Assembly: GCA_963699165.1 (NCBI GenBank)
Contig: OY969413.1
Span: 660,562 to 724,561 of the forward strand
DNA from: Candidatus Kaiserbacteria bacterium
Lineage (GTDB): Bacteria; Patescibacteriota; Minisyncoccia; Phycocordibacterales; Phycocordibacteraceae
Reading direction: 5' to 3'
DNA length: 64,000 bases
The notes under the pieces were generated by a model. It searched no databases, was not told the origin of the DNA, and was given only the letters and a program-made list of their open reading frames with translations. The translations under genes and the position numbers were made by a program. Position 1 is the stretch's first letter; each line of letters opens with the position of its first letter. This document shows positions 1 through 9,379 of this stretch, piece after piece.

Positions 1-1324
1 GAGTTTGAATCGCCGCAAAAGCGGTTTTGAGCGCTAATAGATTTGAGTTATCGAGCGATTCGGCGGTAGAAGAAGAATTGCCGGAAGGCGCTTGCGCCGC
101 CGTTGGCTGTGAGCTATTCGGTTGCATGACCTGCGTCGTCGTCGGTTGCGCGCCAACTGTCTGATTGAGTTGAACAGTCGTGGAAGCGGTGAAAGCCGTC
201 GAGGTCGCCGTTGCGGGTGAATTAAGATGGATGGAATTCCCGAAAAACGCCGCCATCCAAAGAAACATGCTTACGAACAGCACCATTAGGATGATATAGG
301 CAATAGGACCAAAAACAGCGCAAAATATGAGAAAGCCGCGGCCTTTTGTTGCGGGGTTGGCTTCAAGCGAGGGCTTAAGCGCCTTAAGATATTGGTACAC
401 CTTATATCCATAGACTAAGCCAAACGTCGATATCAGCAGTGAAGGTATGATCATAACTGCCGAGGAGAAATCACGCAATTTAGTCGGATCTCCGCCTGCT
501 TTGAGAAATGCAAATGCCGCAGCAAAATCGAACGGTATGCTCACCGCGTAATACACAATCAGAACAACGAACGAGACGATTATTGACCTGACGGCGATTG
601 GCCACCAATATCCGCGCACGTATTCGCGGCTTTGAATCAAAGCGCCCAGTCCGCGCCTTCCTTCAAGCGCAAAAACATAAGCGGCAACAAAGAATTGAAT
701 GCTCATCATAACGCCGGGAACAACCAAGAGAGCGAAACCGCCGACGAGAACACAACAAGTTAGAATTCCCAGCCAAAGCCCCGGCAACAATAATGCAGAG
801 CCGCCCGCTAACGATTGTCCAACGTTCGAACCTCGGTGAAGAGATAAAATGGCGCCGTAATATGCGCAAAACAAGAGAATAAATCCAAGGCCGATACAAA
901 CGACTTCACCCGCTACCGGACCACCGTACAGTGGCAACATTTCGCCGGCGAAAACAAGAAGAACGGGAATCGCGTACAGTGCCAGCAAGACACCAAATCG
1001 CAGTCGGTACAGCGCCCACGACTCGGAGAGCAGCTGCCACGCGGAGGGCAGTTCGCCGGTGATTTGGCCGGGAGAATTTGTCGCTTCGGCCGACTGTTGC
1101 GCCATAACGGATGAATTAGGATTTTGGGCTTCAATTGCCGGTGCAACGGGGACTTGCGGCTCGGCCGGCGGAGCCGGCCGAGCCGATTGCTCAATCATAA
1201 AAAACGCATCGGTTATGTCCTGCGCACCCCACCCGACGGATGCAAGACTCCTCTGTAAATTTTCTTTCGGCACTCCTGCGGCTAGCTGTTCGCGAATATA
1301 GTCCAATATCTCTTTGGTCAGCAT
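1..1324 (-). CDS. Multi-pass membrane protein (partial, runs off the window start) with an N-terminal helical domain and a Pro-rich linker
   Basis: Absent from the ORF track because it has no stop in the window. Manual translation from ATG 1324 (MLTKEILDYIREQLAAGVPKENLQRSLASVGW...) stays open to position 1. Several TM segments and the motif EGRRGLGALIQSREYVRGYWW. TACAAT lies 7 nt upstream. Confidence 0.75.
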   Translation of the reverse strand, partial: MLTKEILDYIREQLAAGVPKENLQRSLASVGWGAQDITDAFFMIEQSARPAPPAEPQVPVAPAIEAQNPNSSVMAQQSAEATNSPGQITGELPSAWQLLSESWALYRLRFGVLLALYAIPVLLVFAGEMLPLYGGPVAGEVVCIGLGFILLFCAYYGAILSLHRGSNVGQSLAGGSALLLPGLWLGILTCCVLVGGFALLVVPGVMMSIQFFVAAYVFALEGRRGLGALIQSREYVRGYWWPIAVRSIIVSFVVLIVYYAVSIPFDFAAAFAFLKAGGDPTKLRDFSSAVMIIPSLLISTFGLVYGYKVYQYLKALKPSLEANPATKGRGFLIFCAVFGPIAYIILMVLFVSMFLWMAAFFGNSIHLNSPATATSTAFTASTTVQLNQTVGAQPTTTQVMQPNSSQPTAAQAPSGNSSSTAESLDNSNLLALKTAFAAIQT

Positions 1325-1386
1325 CGGGACTATTGTACCTCCGAAAAAGCGGGCGCAGCGCGCTGTTCACACTGCCCGCAAGCTCA

Positions 1387-1806
1387 TCATTTCCCCGGCA
1401 CAATACCGGCGCTGATTATCGCCTCTGCGCTTTGCGCTTGCGAACGGACAACGGACCGCGCGGCTGGATTTATGAAAATAATTCCTACACCCGCAAGAAC
1501 AATCACCGCGAGTATGCCGAGCACGACCGAGAGCGTGCTAATCGCGCTCGACGCACCCTGCGCGTCGCCCGTGCGCGGATATGCCGAATGGTACGCCGGA
1601 AAAGCATTTTCGGTGATGACTGCCTGCGTCTGCGGAAGCGGCTGCACGGAGGGCGACGCGGGGCGCGCCCCACCCACAGCGAAAAACGCATCATTGATGT
1701 CCTGCACGCTCCATCCGGTCGCTATCAACACTTTCTCCAATTCATCTTTCGACATTCCGGCAGCAAGCTGTTGGCGAACATAGTCCAAAATTTCTCTCGT
1801 GAGCAT
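1387..1806 (-). CDS. Hypothetical single-TM protein, N-terminus paralogous to the ORF at 1..1324
   Basis: MLTREILDYVRQQLAAGMSKDELEKVLIATGWSVQDINDAFF, with a hydrophobic segment near the C-terminus. Confidence 0.75.
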   Translation of the reverse strand: MLTREILDYVRQQLAAGMSKDELEKVLIATGWSVQDINDAFFAVGGARPASPSVQPLPQTQAVITENAFPAYHSAYPRTGDAQGASSAISTLSVVLGILAVIVLAGVGIIFINPAARSVVRSQAQSAEAIISAGIVPGK

Positions 1807-1869
1807 GGGATGAATAATGTATTAAAAGATACACCCATATTCTACCTTGCGCATGGACGCCGTCGGCAC

Positions 1870-2427
1870 TTATCCACGCGAAACCCCGGGACCGACGGTC
1901 CCGGGGCAACATTTCGTCCAAATTCTGCCCGCACAGACGGGCTTTCTCGACAGTAGAACATGGCCGTCCCCCCAATGAAGCGAGGGAGCGGACCAAATAT
2001 CAATCGCCCAGAAACCAACTACCCATCGGGCGGCGACCAAGGCGAGTTCGCCATGCCTGTCGGGTATGTTTGCGACGAGAAATGTTTCTTCGTTCGGCGA
2101 TGCGATGGATTTGATCGCGAAATCTAAGTCGCACAAACCGATGTGCGCGATTTCGTTGCCCTCTTCGCCCCATTTGTCCTCGGGAAGCGGCAAAACATTG
2201 TCGGTATCTGACGTGTTTTTGTCAATCCACCGACATAGGTAAACGGGATGCGGCTCTATACCGTAGTCGCTTTTCGGCATGAACGAGTTGCGAAATGGGT
2301 CGCCTAGCACCCTTGTTCCTAACCCGCCGCAAAAATCGCGACACGGCCTGAACTCCTTCAGCCCGGGTACTTGGAGCACGCGTTCATCCCCGACAAAAAA
2401 CGCTTGCCTTTCCTGTATTTCGTACAT
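1870..2427 (-). CDS. Hypothetical protein
   Basis: Open frame; ATG 2427 preceded by AGAGG; a TTGACT...TATGCT promoter-like sequence upstream; Trp-rich C-terminal part. Confidence 0.55.
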   Translation of the reverse strand: MYEIQERQAFFVGDERVLQVPGLKEFRPCRDFCGGLGTRVLGDPFRNSFMPKSDYGIEPHPVYLCRWIDKNTSDTDNVLPLPEDKWGEEGNEIAHIGLCDLDFAIKSIASPNEETFLVANIPDRHGELALVAARWVVGFWAIDIWSAPSLHWGDGHVLLSRKPVCAGRIWTKCCPGTVGPGVSRG

Positions 2428-2533
2428 GTTTCCTCTGATAAAAGATAATGGTAAGAACTGGTTCGGCTGAAGGGAGCATAGACCTCCCGTAGGCAAAGTC
2501 AATGGGTCGGATTGCACGAGACGGAACAATTGA

Positions 2534-3377
2534 GGGTATTAAGAACGAGTTGGCACAAGCGTTAATGATTTTAATAAGTAAGTGCGCGGATTTCCGAACA
2601 ATTCCGGTGAGGAAAATCTGAAGCAGAATTCCCTCACGTATTGCTCGAGGTTCTCGCTCCAGTGATGATGATACATCCTCCGCACAAAGGTGCGGTATAC
2701 GCCGAACACGCCTTCGATTTCGGAGGTATGTTCGAACTCGAATTTTGAATGAATGTCTCTGCTGTGGGAGACCGGCCATCGCTTGCCGACACCCCGGTAT
2801 ATCGAACCGCCATCGGTCCACAACTCGCTCCCCGGCTTCACTTTGGCAAAGAGAAAGTCCATCACGTCCGTCTTGTTCGGGAAGCGATTGTGCATGACGG
2901 TATAGGCAAGCTTTCTCGTTCCTTTCTGCTTGGCCATCACGAGAGCTGCGTTCTTGAAATATGCCTCGTCCATCTGCACGATACGCTCGAGAATATGCTC
3001 TTCTTGGGGCAAATGCTCACGAAAGGTGGCATACCAGCGGCGTATCGTTCGTTCAGGCAAATGCGTGAGCTCCATGGCCTGCAAGACGGGTTCTCGTATC
3101 GTCCAGCACCAGAGGAGCATCCACCACGTCTGGAGCGGAAGCTTGAGGTTTGAGAGCCAGGTATGCGAGAGGAGCGAGAACCTTCGGCGGCAGGCAACAC
3201 ACCGGTACCGGTCTTCGTACCGCACAATCCTGCGCGAGCGGCAGAGCGGGCAAAACACATTCTTTCCGAACAACGTTCGCCGCAAAAACTTTCTAATCTG
3301 CACTTCAGACGGAATTTGTTTGAGCGTGTACATAGCTTCCATGATACGGGAGCTGTGCCAACAGAGTCTGAATACCC
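2534..3377 (-). mobile_element. IS1595-family insertion sequence, copy 1 (844 bp)
   Basis: Imperfect TIRs GGGTATTAAGAACGAGTTGGCACA / GGGTATTCAGACTCTGTTGGCACA; 8-bp TSD ACAATTGA at 2526-2533 and 3378-3385; second copy at 27049-27892. Confidence 0.92.
2539..3342 (-). CDS. IS1595-family (ISXO2-like) transposase
   Basis: Zn ribbon CPLC...CVAC, an HTH, and DEAY / TDG / IEGVF motifs; same protein as 27084..27887. Confidence 0.9.
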   Translation of the reverse strand: MEAMYTLKQIPSEVQIRKFLRRTLFGKNVFCPLCRSRRIVRYEDRYRCVACRRRFSLLSHTWLSNLKLPLQTWWMLLWCWTIREPVLQAMELTHLPERTIRRWYATFREHLPQEEHILERIVQMDEAYFKNAALVMAKQKGTRKLAYTVMHNRFPNKTDVMDFLFAKVKPGSELWTDGGSIYRGVGKRWPVSHSRDIHSKFEFEHTSEIEGVFGVYRTFVRRMYHHHWSENLEQYVREFCFRFSSPELFGNPRTYLLKSLTLVPTRS

Positions 3378-3488
3378 ACAATTGAAGCATTGACAGTATG
3401 TCAAACGAGGCGTAAACCAATATGTAGAGAACCCCTTTTGGGTTCGCCCTCCGCACTTCGGTGCGGTTTGTCCTTGGGAGTTACTTTT

Positions 3489-3743
3489 ATGTCAACTGGA
3501 TTCACGATTGTTCTCGCCGTGCTGGCATTCGTCATCCTCTGTATGCGTTACCGCGTGAGGAAATGCGGATGCGGTTGGTGGATTGCGGTCTTCAACGAGA
3601 CTCAATCGTCCGACGCTAGCAATGAAGACGTGGAGCATGTGCTCGGTACGTTTACGTGCACGCGATGCCGCGTCTCAACATCTCTACCGCCATACCGTCG
3701 GCCAGCCAAATCAACACGAGCAGTGACTTACCACTGGCTGTAG
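3489..3743 (+). CDS. Small membrane-anchored zinc-ribbon protein
   Basis: GGGAG upstream of the ATG; TM helix followed by CxC...CxxC. Confidence 0.55.
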   Translation: MSTGFTIVLAVLAFVILCMRYRVRKCGCGWWIAVFNETQSSDASNEDVEHVLGTFTCTRCRVSTSLPPYRRPAKSTRAVTYHWL

Positions 3744-3882
3744 AGCCGGCACAAACCTTTCGGGCCGTCGCGGTTTCGCGACGGCCCGAATTTCATAGAA
3801 ATTTGACAAAAGATACAATATTGTGTTATTTATTATTCCAGAAAGGTCTCTCATGAAGACCTTTGCACCTTTCGGAGGTCAC

Positions 3883-4110
3883 ATGGATTCAACGCTTTGG
3901 CAAAGTTTGTTCTATCTCTTGGCGGTTGTGGCGGCATTCCTCTTGTGGCCATCCCGGCATATCAAAAAGTGTCCGGAGTGCCACGAAATTGACTCTCTAA
4001 TTACGAGAAGAGAAAGGATGCCCGACAACGGTGGTTCGAAAAAAATCACCTATGCTTGCTGCGAGAATTGCGGCCACAGGTTTACGGCGTCCGTTCGGTG
4101 GATCCCATAG
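3883..4110 (+). CDS. Small membrane-anchored zinc-ribbon protein
   Basis: GGAGG RBS; TM helix followed by CPEC...CENC; TTGACA at 3803-3808. Confidence 0.6.
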   Translation: MDSTLWQSLFYLLAVVAAFLLWPSRHIKKCPECHEIDSLITRRERMPDNGGSKKITYACCENCGHRFTASVRWIP

Positions 4111-4171
4111 ACCGCGAGGCGCTATCCTTTCAAACCGCCGCCGAGACAGGACTCGGCGGCTTTTTTTATCC

Positions 4172-5554
4172 TTACATTTTGTTAACGCCGTCCTTGCCAA
4201 TCGTCCACTTTTGACCGTATTCGGGGACAACTGCGCGTGCGTCTAGATAGTCGTGGATGCGCTGGGCAAGGAATCGCTCGGCCGATGGCTCGCCGAGAGC
4301 CGTGAAGATGGTTTTCGGGCGCGGAAGCGTCGCTTGCGCAAATTTCAAAAGCTCGTCGCGGTCGGCGTGCGCGGACCAACCTTCGAGAACTTCAACGGTT
4401 GCGCGCGTTGCGACTTCGCTTCCATTCAGTTGAATTGAGCGCGCGCCTTCTTGAATGCGCCGTCCCGGACTTCCGGGAGCTTGGTACCCGATAATGAGAA
4501 GCGTTGTCTTCGGGTCCGGCAGATATTTCGTTTCCCAGCCGCCAATTCGTCCGCCGTGGCTCATGCCCGCGCCCGCCATAATGATTTTCGGATTTGGAAT
4601 TTTCTCGATGTCCTGCGAATCCTCGCGCGAAAGCGTCTGCTTCAAAAAAGGAAATTCGAAAATGCTTCCTTCGCGTTTCATCTCGTCCTCGGTTTCCGGT
4701 TTGAAATATGTCATTCCCCACTTTTCGTAGACGGCCGTGACTTTAATCGCAAGCGGCGAATCCAAAAAAACGGGAATTTTCGGAAGCGAACCGTCGGCGA
4801 AGAAATTTGAAAGTTCATACAGCATGAGCTGCGTGCGCTCAAGCGAAAAGGCGGGAATGAGAATCGCGCCGCCGCGCGCTATTGCGCGACTCAGCGTGTC
4901 GCGCAAGCGCGACACGCGCTCCGCCTGCGGCGGATGCAACCGGTCGCCATACACGCTTTCCATCACTATTGCGTCCGCGTCCGGAATCGGCTCCCAATCG
5001 GGAAGCAGCGGCGACGGCGAATTGCCGATGTCGCCCGTGAGCGCAACCGCATCGCCATCTTCGTCTTTGATGCGCACGCTCGCCGAGCCCAAAATGTGTC
5101 CGGTGTTTCTCAAAAAGACGGAGAGCCCCGGAGCGATTTCCTTTTCGATGTGATAGTCGAGCGTTTCAACGAGTGAAAACATTTCATCGATGTCTTTTTG
5201 TTCGTAGAGGGCGGGAATGCGCCGGCGAAACGCGTCCTGCGCGAGAATGCCGACCGAGTCCTCCAAAATAAGTATTGCAAGGTCGCGCGTCGGCGGCGTC
5301 ATGTAGATTTTCCCGCGGAAGCCGTCTTTCACGAGTTTGGGAATGCGGCCGACATGGTCGAGATGCGCGTGCGTGAGAACAAGCGCGTCGATTTTAGTCA
5401 CGTCGTACGGAAACGGTCCGTACACGTCCGCCTCGCAAACGTCGGCGCCCTGTTCGATGCCGCAATCGACAAGAATTTTTCCGCGCGCTCCCTCTACTAA
5501 AAAATTCGAACCCGTCACCTTTCCCGCGCCGCCGTAAAAAGAAAGTGTAAGCAT
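4172..5554 (-). CDS. MBL-fold / beta-CASP ribonuclease (YSH1-like)
   Basis: GGAGKVTGS, VDCG, THAHLDHVG, GHILGS, MESVYGDR and SAHAD motifs; start at MLTLSF with TACTGT 6 nt upstream. Confidence 0.9.
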   Translation of the reverse strand: MLTLSFYGGAGKVTGSNFLVEGARGKILVDCGIEQGADVCEADVYGPFPYDVTKIDALVLTHAHLDHVGRIPKLVKDGFRGKIYMTPPTRDLAILILEDSVGILAQDAFRRRIPALYEQKDIDEMFSLVETLDYHIEKEIAPGLSVFLRNTGHILGSASVRIKDEDGDAVALTGDIGNSPSPLLPDWEPIPDADAIVMESVYGDRLHPPQAERVSRLRDTLSRAIARGGAILIPAFSLERTQLMLYELSNFFADGSLPKIPVFLDSPLAIKVTAVYEKWGMTYFKPETEDEMKREGSIFEFPFLKQTLSREDSQDIEKIPNPKIIMAGAGMSHGGRIGGWETKYLPDPKTTLLIIGYQAPGSPGRRIQEGARSIQLNGSEVATRATVEVLEGWSAHADRDELLKFAQATLPRPKTIFTALGEPSAERFLAQRIHDYLDARAVVPEYGQKWTIGKDGVNKM

Positions 5555-5592
5555 ACAAGAACAGTAGCATATCGCGAATGATGCTCCACGGA

Positions 5593-5620
5593 AAAACCGC
5601 TCTTTGCAGAGCGGTTTTTT
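5593..5620. terminator. Hairpin, probable intrinsic terminator downstream of the surface-protein gene
   Basis: AAAACCGCTCTTTGCAGAGCGGTTTT flanked by A/T runs. Confidence 0.5.
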
Positions 5621-5855
5621 GGCGGAGTCATCCCCAAGATTCGACTTAGGTTTGCCAGGTGGGTGCGGCAACGACATTTTTCGGACTTCCTCACGGACTT
5701 CACCCAAATGTCTTAATGCTAAGCTCCCGAATGATAGGCAAGTCGTTTTTAAGAACGACCCCACTTACAAGTATATCCCTGCCGGATGAAAACAGTATGT
5801 GGACAACTTATTCTAGTAACCCCAGCTTTAGTTATGTCCAAACTGAAATCGCCGC

Positions 5856-8528
5856 CTATTGTATCTGGGTAAGCGACAGGAGACTGAATGTCGTTAATGA
5901 GCCGCTGGGGTAGACAACATTTTGTAGCGAACATGAAAGACCGACTTTATTGCCGTAGTTATTGTTGGCTGCAATAACGATAGGCGTCGAGGTTGCAATT
6001 ACGGTTGCCCCAGGTGTCCCGTAATATTCATAGAGATTGGGATAACCGGGCGCACCACCACCCACACTGCAAGATGCGCCCTGCTGACCGTTCCCGATAG
6101 TCGTAGATGCCATAGCGATGCGAAAAGATGCAACATACACACCACCCGAGACAACCGGAATACCAGCAGTGTAAACGTAGGCACCGTAGTTTGGGTTCGC
6201 CCCGGTGCCAGTGAAATTGAAAGATGGGTTGCCTAAATCATCTGTACCAAGCACAACTCCACCCTGTGCGGTCCACTTATACGAGGAAATGAGTTGCGGA
6301 TTTGGAAGCAGGTTCCCTCCCATCAGAGTGACAGTTTGGTCAGTGGAGGTCGCGACGGGACTTTGCCCATTCTGGCTTACGACAGCGAAATGGTATGTGC
6401 TGCTAGCGGTGAGATTTTGAAGTGTCACAGTATGACTTGTGACGAGCGACGCATCAAGCGGCGAGGACGCGCCATACCCACTCGTGGGGCCGTATGCGAC
6501 TTGCGAACTTGATGGCAGGTCGGTTGTCCAAGTAATTGTAGTGCCGGTCGCCGTTGTCGAGCCAGTGGATATATTGCTAATGGTTGGCGCCCCGTACAAA
6601 GACGAGCCATTCAATTCCTGCCCTTTCCCTTGGAAGAAAGCGAAGTTACCAGTCGAACCTTGCCAATAAAAACTCGATGAGTTCGCTCCGGTGTATTGGT
6701 TGCGATCAAAACTATTGCCTTGCGTTGTAAACATTGCCGCATTCGAACCGTCAGAGTCGTATGCCCCATTTATGCTACCGGCGGCCATAGTCATGGTGTT
6801 GTTGTGTACATGAACATTCTGTACTAGCCACGGACCGTTCGATGGATACAATGTCGACGTACCCCTAGATGAGTTTAGCAACATTACGGCAGCACCGAGA
6901 TTGCTTGGAAGCATTGTGTTTGCTGATATTTCGACAGATTTTCCGTTAATTCCACCCGAGTTTGCAATAAATATATCCCCAGACCACATATTCCGATTTG
7001 ACCCATGAAAGTTATTGGCTAAATAGTTATCGTGGATTGACGCATCCCATGATATTTCCAAATCAATACCGGACGACCAATTATTCTCCACGTCATTATG
7101 CGCAATGACCGCGCCCTCGTTGTCGGTGTCCAACCATATGCCAGGCCCATGATTATCGTGAACGTAATTGTAAATAATTTGTATATTTTCTGTCTGCCAT
7201 GATTTGCCACCACCGCACTCTGCGGTAGACGGATTAGTGCAATAAACATCGGCTGGATTGTTATTCGATATGATGTTGTCGCTAATAACCGCTCCGCCGA
7301 GATCTCCGGTGCCTCCGGTTTCATACACTTTGTACCCCTCTTGTCCATTGTCGTGAATGTAGTTGGCCACTATCTTGTCGCCTGCGCCTATATTGACTCC
7401 GCTCGCACCGTTAAACGCTAACTCGTTATTGGAAATCACTGTGCTTGTACCATATACCTGTAATTCAGAACTTCCTGCTGACGAATTGTAATTTTTAATT
7501 ATTAGGTTCTGTATCGTTACATAACTGCCCGTATCAAAAGCACTGGTCGTTGTAGCCGCCCCATCTAATACCGCACCATAAGAACCGATTATGGTATCTC
7601 TGTCAGGAATCCAAGCATGTTGACTGGTATACGTACCGGCAGCGAGACAGAATGAAGTGCCAGAAGGATAGCTATTTACAACGGTATTGATGTTATTCCC
7701 AGGCGAGATAGCAACTGAACCGGCGGGACATGTTATTGACTGCTGCGGCCCTACTGCAACACGAGGTCCGTAGTTCTCGATGGCCGAACACTGTGCGGTA
7801 CTGCCGCCATTGCTGCCTCCGCAGCTCCATGTCCACGGACCCGAGCCCGAAACGCTTGAAGCATTACCCACGGTGCAGAGGTTAGTGGTCGGAGCACTCA
7901 CGAGAGTCTGACCGTTCGAAGAGCCGCAGACGCCGTTGATTGGTGTGATGCTATTGATTGGTGTGATGCTAGGTGTTTGCGTCTGATTTCCAGAAAACAC
8001 TCCTCCGAAAGCGGAGCCATTGCCGGTCGGAACCCACCATGGTTGTGAATTTGCTGATGCGGTTGTGGTTGCACCGGTCGTTTGATTTGTGGGTGGAGTT
8101 GTCGTCGCTGTCGTATTTTGCAGTGTAGGAATCACGGATGATTGGTTGCTGGAAGTGTCTTGGGTTGTAGCAACTGAACTACTGCCCGCAGAGATAGTTG
8201 CAATTTTGGCGCGCGTCAACGGACCAAGAAATCCTGTGGCCGGCAAATTTTGCGATGCTTGAAATCGCACTAATGCTTTGTACGTGAGAAGACCGAAAAA
8301 ATCGGTTTCGTTTCCGGGAGAACCGTTGCCTTTTTGAGCAATGACAAAACCCTGCGAGTTGAGAAATTGCTGAAGCTGAAGAATTTCTGTTCCTGTATCG
8401 TTGAGTTGATGGTTTTTAACTAACGAGGGAGGGGTGGCAGCGAATGTTTGAGTAGCAAAAGTGACCGCAACGAAGATTCCAGCGATTAGTGCCACTCGTG
8501 AAGATATGTTCGATACCATATGTCTCAT
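5856..8528 (-). CDS. Large secreted/surface protein: peptidoglycan-binding domain, Thr-rich linker, Cys module, right-handed beta-helix, FN3-like domain
   Basis: Signal peptide; LQQFLNSQGF...FGLLTYKALVRFQ...TGFLGPLTR; Asn-rich beta-helix repeats (IHDNG, GIWLD); TITWTTDLPSSSQVAYG...HTVTLQNLTASSTYHF. Start may be 8519. Confidence 0.8.
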   Translation of the reverse strand: MRHMVSNISSRVALIAGIFVAVTFATQTFAATPPSLVKNHQLNDTGTEILQLQQFLNSQGFVIAQKGNGSPGNETDFFGLLTYKALVRFQASQNLPATGFLGPLTRAKIATISAGSSSVATTQDTSSNQSSVIPTLQNTTATTTPPTNQTTGATTTASANSQPWWVPTGNGSAFGGVFSGNQTQTPSITPINSITPINGVCGSSNGQTLVSAPTTNLCTVGNASSVSGSGPWTWSCGGSNGGSTAQCSAIENYGPRVAVGPQQSITCPAGSVAISPGNNINTVVNSYPSGTSFCLAAGTYTSQHAWIPDRDTIIGSYGAVLDGAATTTSAFDTGSYVTIQNLIIKNYNSSAGSSELQVYGTSTVISNNELAFNGASGVNIGAGDKIVANYIHDNGQEGYKVYETGGTGDLGGAVISDNIISNNNPADVYCTNPSTAECGGGKSWQTENIQIIYNYVHDNHGPGIWLDTDNEGAVIAHNDVENNWSSGIDLEISWDASIHDNYLANNFHGSNRNMWSGDIFIANSGGINGKSVEISANTMLPSNLGAAVMLLNSSRGTSTLYPSNGPWLVQNVHVHNNTMTMAAGSINGAYDSDGSNAAMFTTQGNSFDRNQYTGANSSSFYWQGSTGNFAFFQGKGQELNGSSLYGAPTISNISTGSTTATGTTITWTTDLPSSSQVAYGPTSGYGASSPLDASLVTSHTVTLQNLTASSTYHFAVVSQNGQSPVATSTDQTVTLMGGNLLPNPQLISSYKWTAQGGVVLGTDDLGNPSFNFTGTGANPNYGAYVYTAGIPVVSGGVYVASFRIAMASTTIGNGQQGASCSVGGGAPGYPNLYEYYGTPGATVIATSTPIVIAANNNYGNKVGLSCSLQNVVYPSGSLTTFSLLSLTQIQ

Positions 8529-8741
8529 CTATAGTAACCCCCCCCCGAAAATCCTGTCTTCGGACAACTGGGGATAACTTTTTTCTCGCTAGTCATAAAA
8601 ATGAAAAGGGCTCCTAAGTCACTAGACCTTTCGGATCCCTCTTCGTCTTGATGAGCGCATTATACACGCGTCGAATTGATTTGCAATGAAGGCGTGTGCA
8701 CTTTAAGCACTGCTGAATAGCAGCGCGGACTGGCCACAAAC

Positions 8742-9347
8742 CTACTCCAAAATCCCGTCGAGATTTACGTCGTAAAGAATGGCTTCGTTAATGAGACGAT
8801 ATTTGACGATTTCCTCAGGAGCAAACCAGTGTTTGATTTCTGCGTCTGACTCGGCTACCGAACCGGATGCGTGAATCAGGTTACGAACAGCCCGCTTGTC
8901 AGTATCGGATATCTGGTACGAATCCAAAACAAAGTCACCTCGAATGGTGCCGACATCAGAACTAAGCGGTTCAGTACCTCCCGTAATCTTGCGAACAATC
9001 TTGACCGCGTGTGCGCCCTCGATGACGAGGAAAATCGCCGGACCGGAAGTCATATATTTTTTCAAACCCTTCAGAATGGCTGCGGTAATTTCGAGCGGAT
9101 CTTCAGACGGCGGCGTAAGTCCTTTTTCTTTATAGGAACGGATAGTCTTCTCGCCCGTGACGCGGCGCCACTCCGGGTCAAGTGTGTAGTGCTGTTCGAT
9201 TTTCTCTTCAGTCGGAATCAACATCTTCATCGCAACGATTTTCAGTCCAACACGCTCGTAGCGCTGGATAATCTCTCCGATGAGCGAGCGCTGAATACCG
9301 TCTGGCTTTACGATGACGAGCGTTTGTTCTGTTTTAGGATGTGCCAT
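8742..9347 (-). CDS. ndk: Nucleoside diphosphate kinase
   Basis: TLVIVKPDGIQR, GTIRGDF, RNLIHAS. Confidence 0.93.
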   Translation of the reverse strand: MAHPKTEQTLVIVKPDGIQRSLIGEIIQRYERVGLKIVAMKMLIPTEEKIEQHYTLDPEWRRVTGEKTIRSYKEKGLTPPSEDPLEITAAILKGLKKYMTSGPAIFLVIEGAHAVKIVRKITGGTEPLSSDVGTIRGDFVLDSYQISDTDKRAVRNLIHASGSVAESDAEIKHWFAPEEIVKYRLINEAILYDVNLDGILE

Positions 9348-9379
9348 GGTTTAAAAATAAAAACGCTTAAAGGGGGCGC

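Noticed and set aside
1240-1956. 238-aa plus-strand ORF, and other long antisense ORFs such as 13301-14416, 30883-32634, 38752-40212 and 60025-61452
   Set aside because: These are shadows of well-supported genes on the opposite strand in GC-rich DNA, with no recognisable motifs
5620-5650. TGGCGGAG...GATTCGAC resembling the reverse complement of a tRNA 3' end
   Set aside because: Acceptor-to-T-arm spacing is wrong and no D or anticodon arms can be built; at most a degenerate remnant
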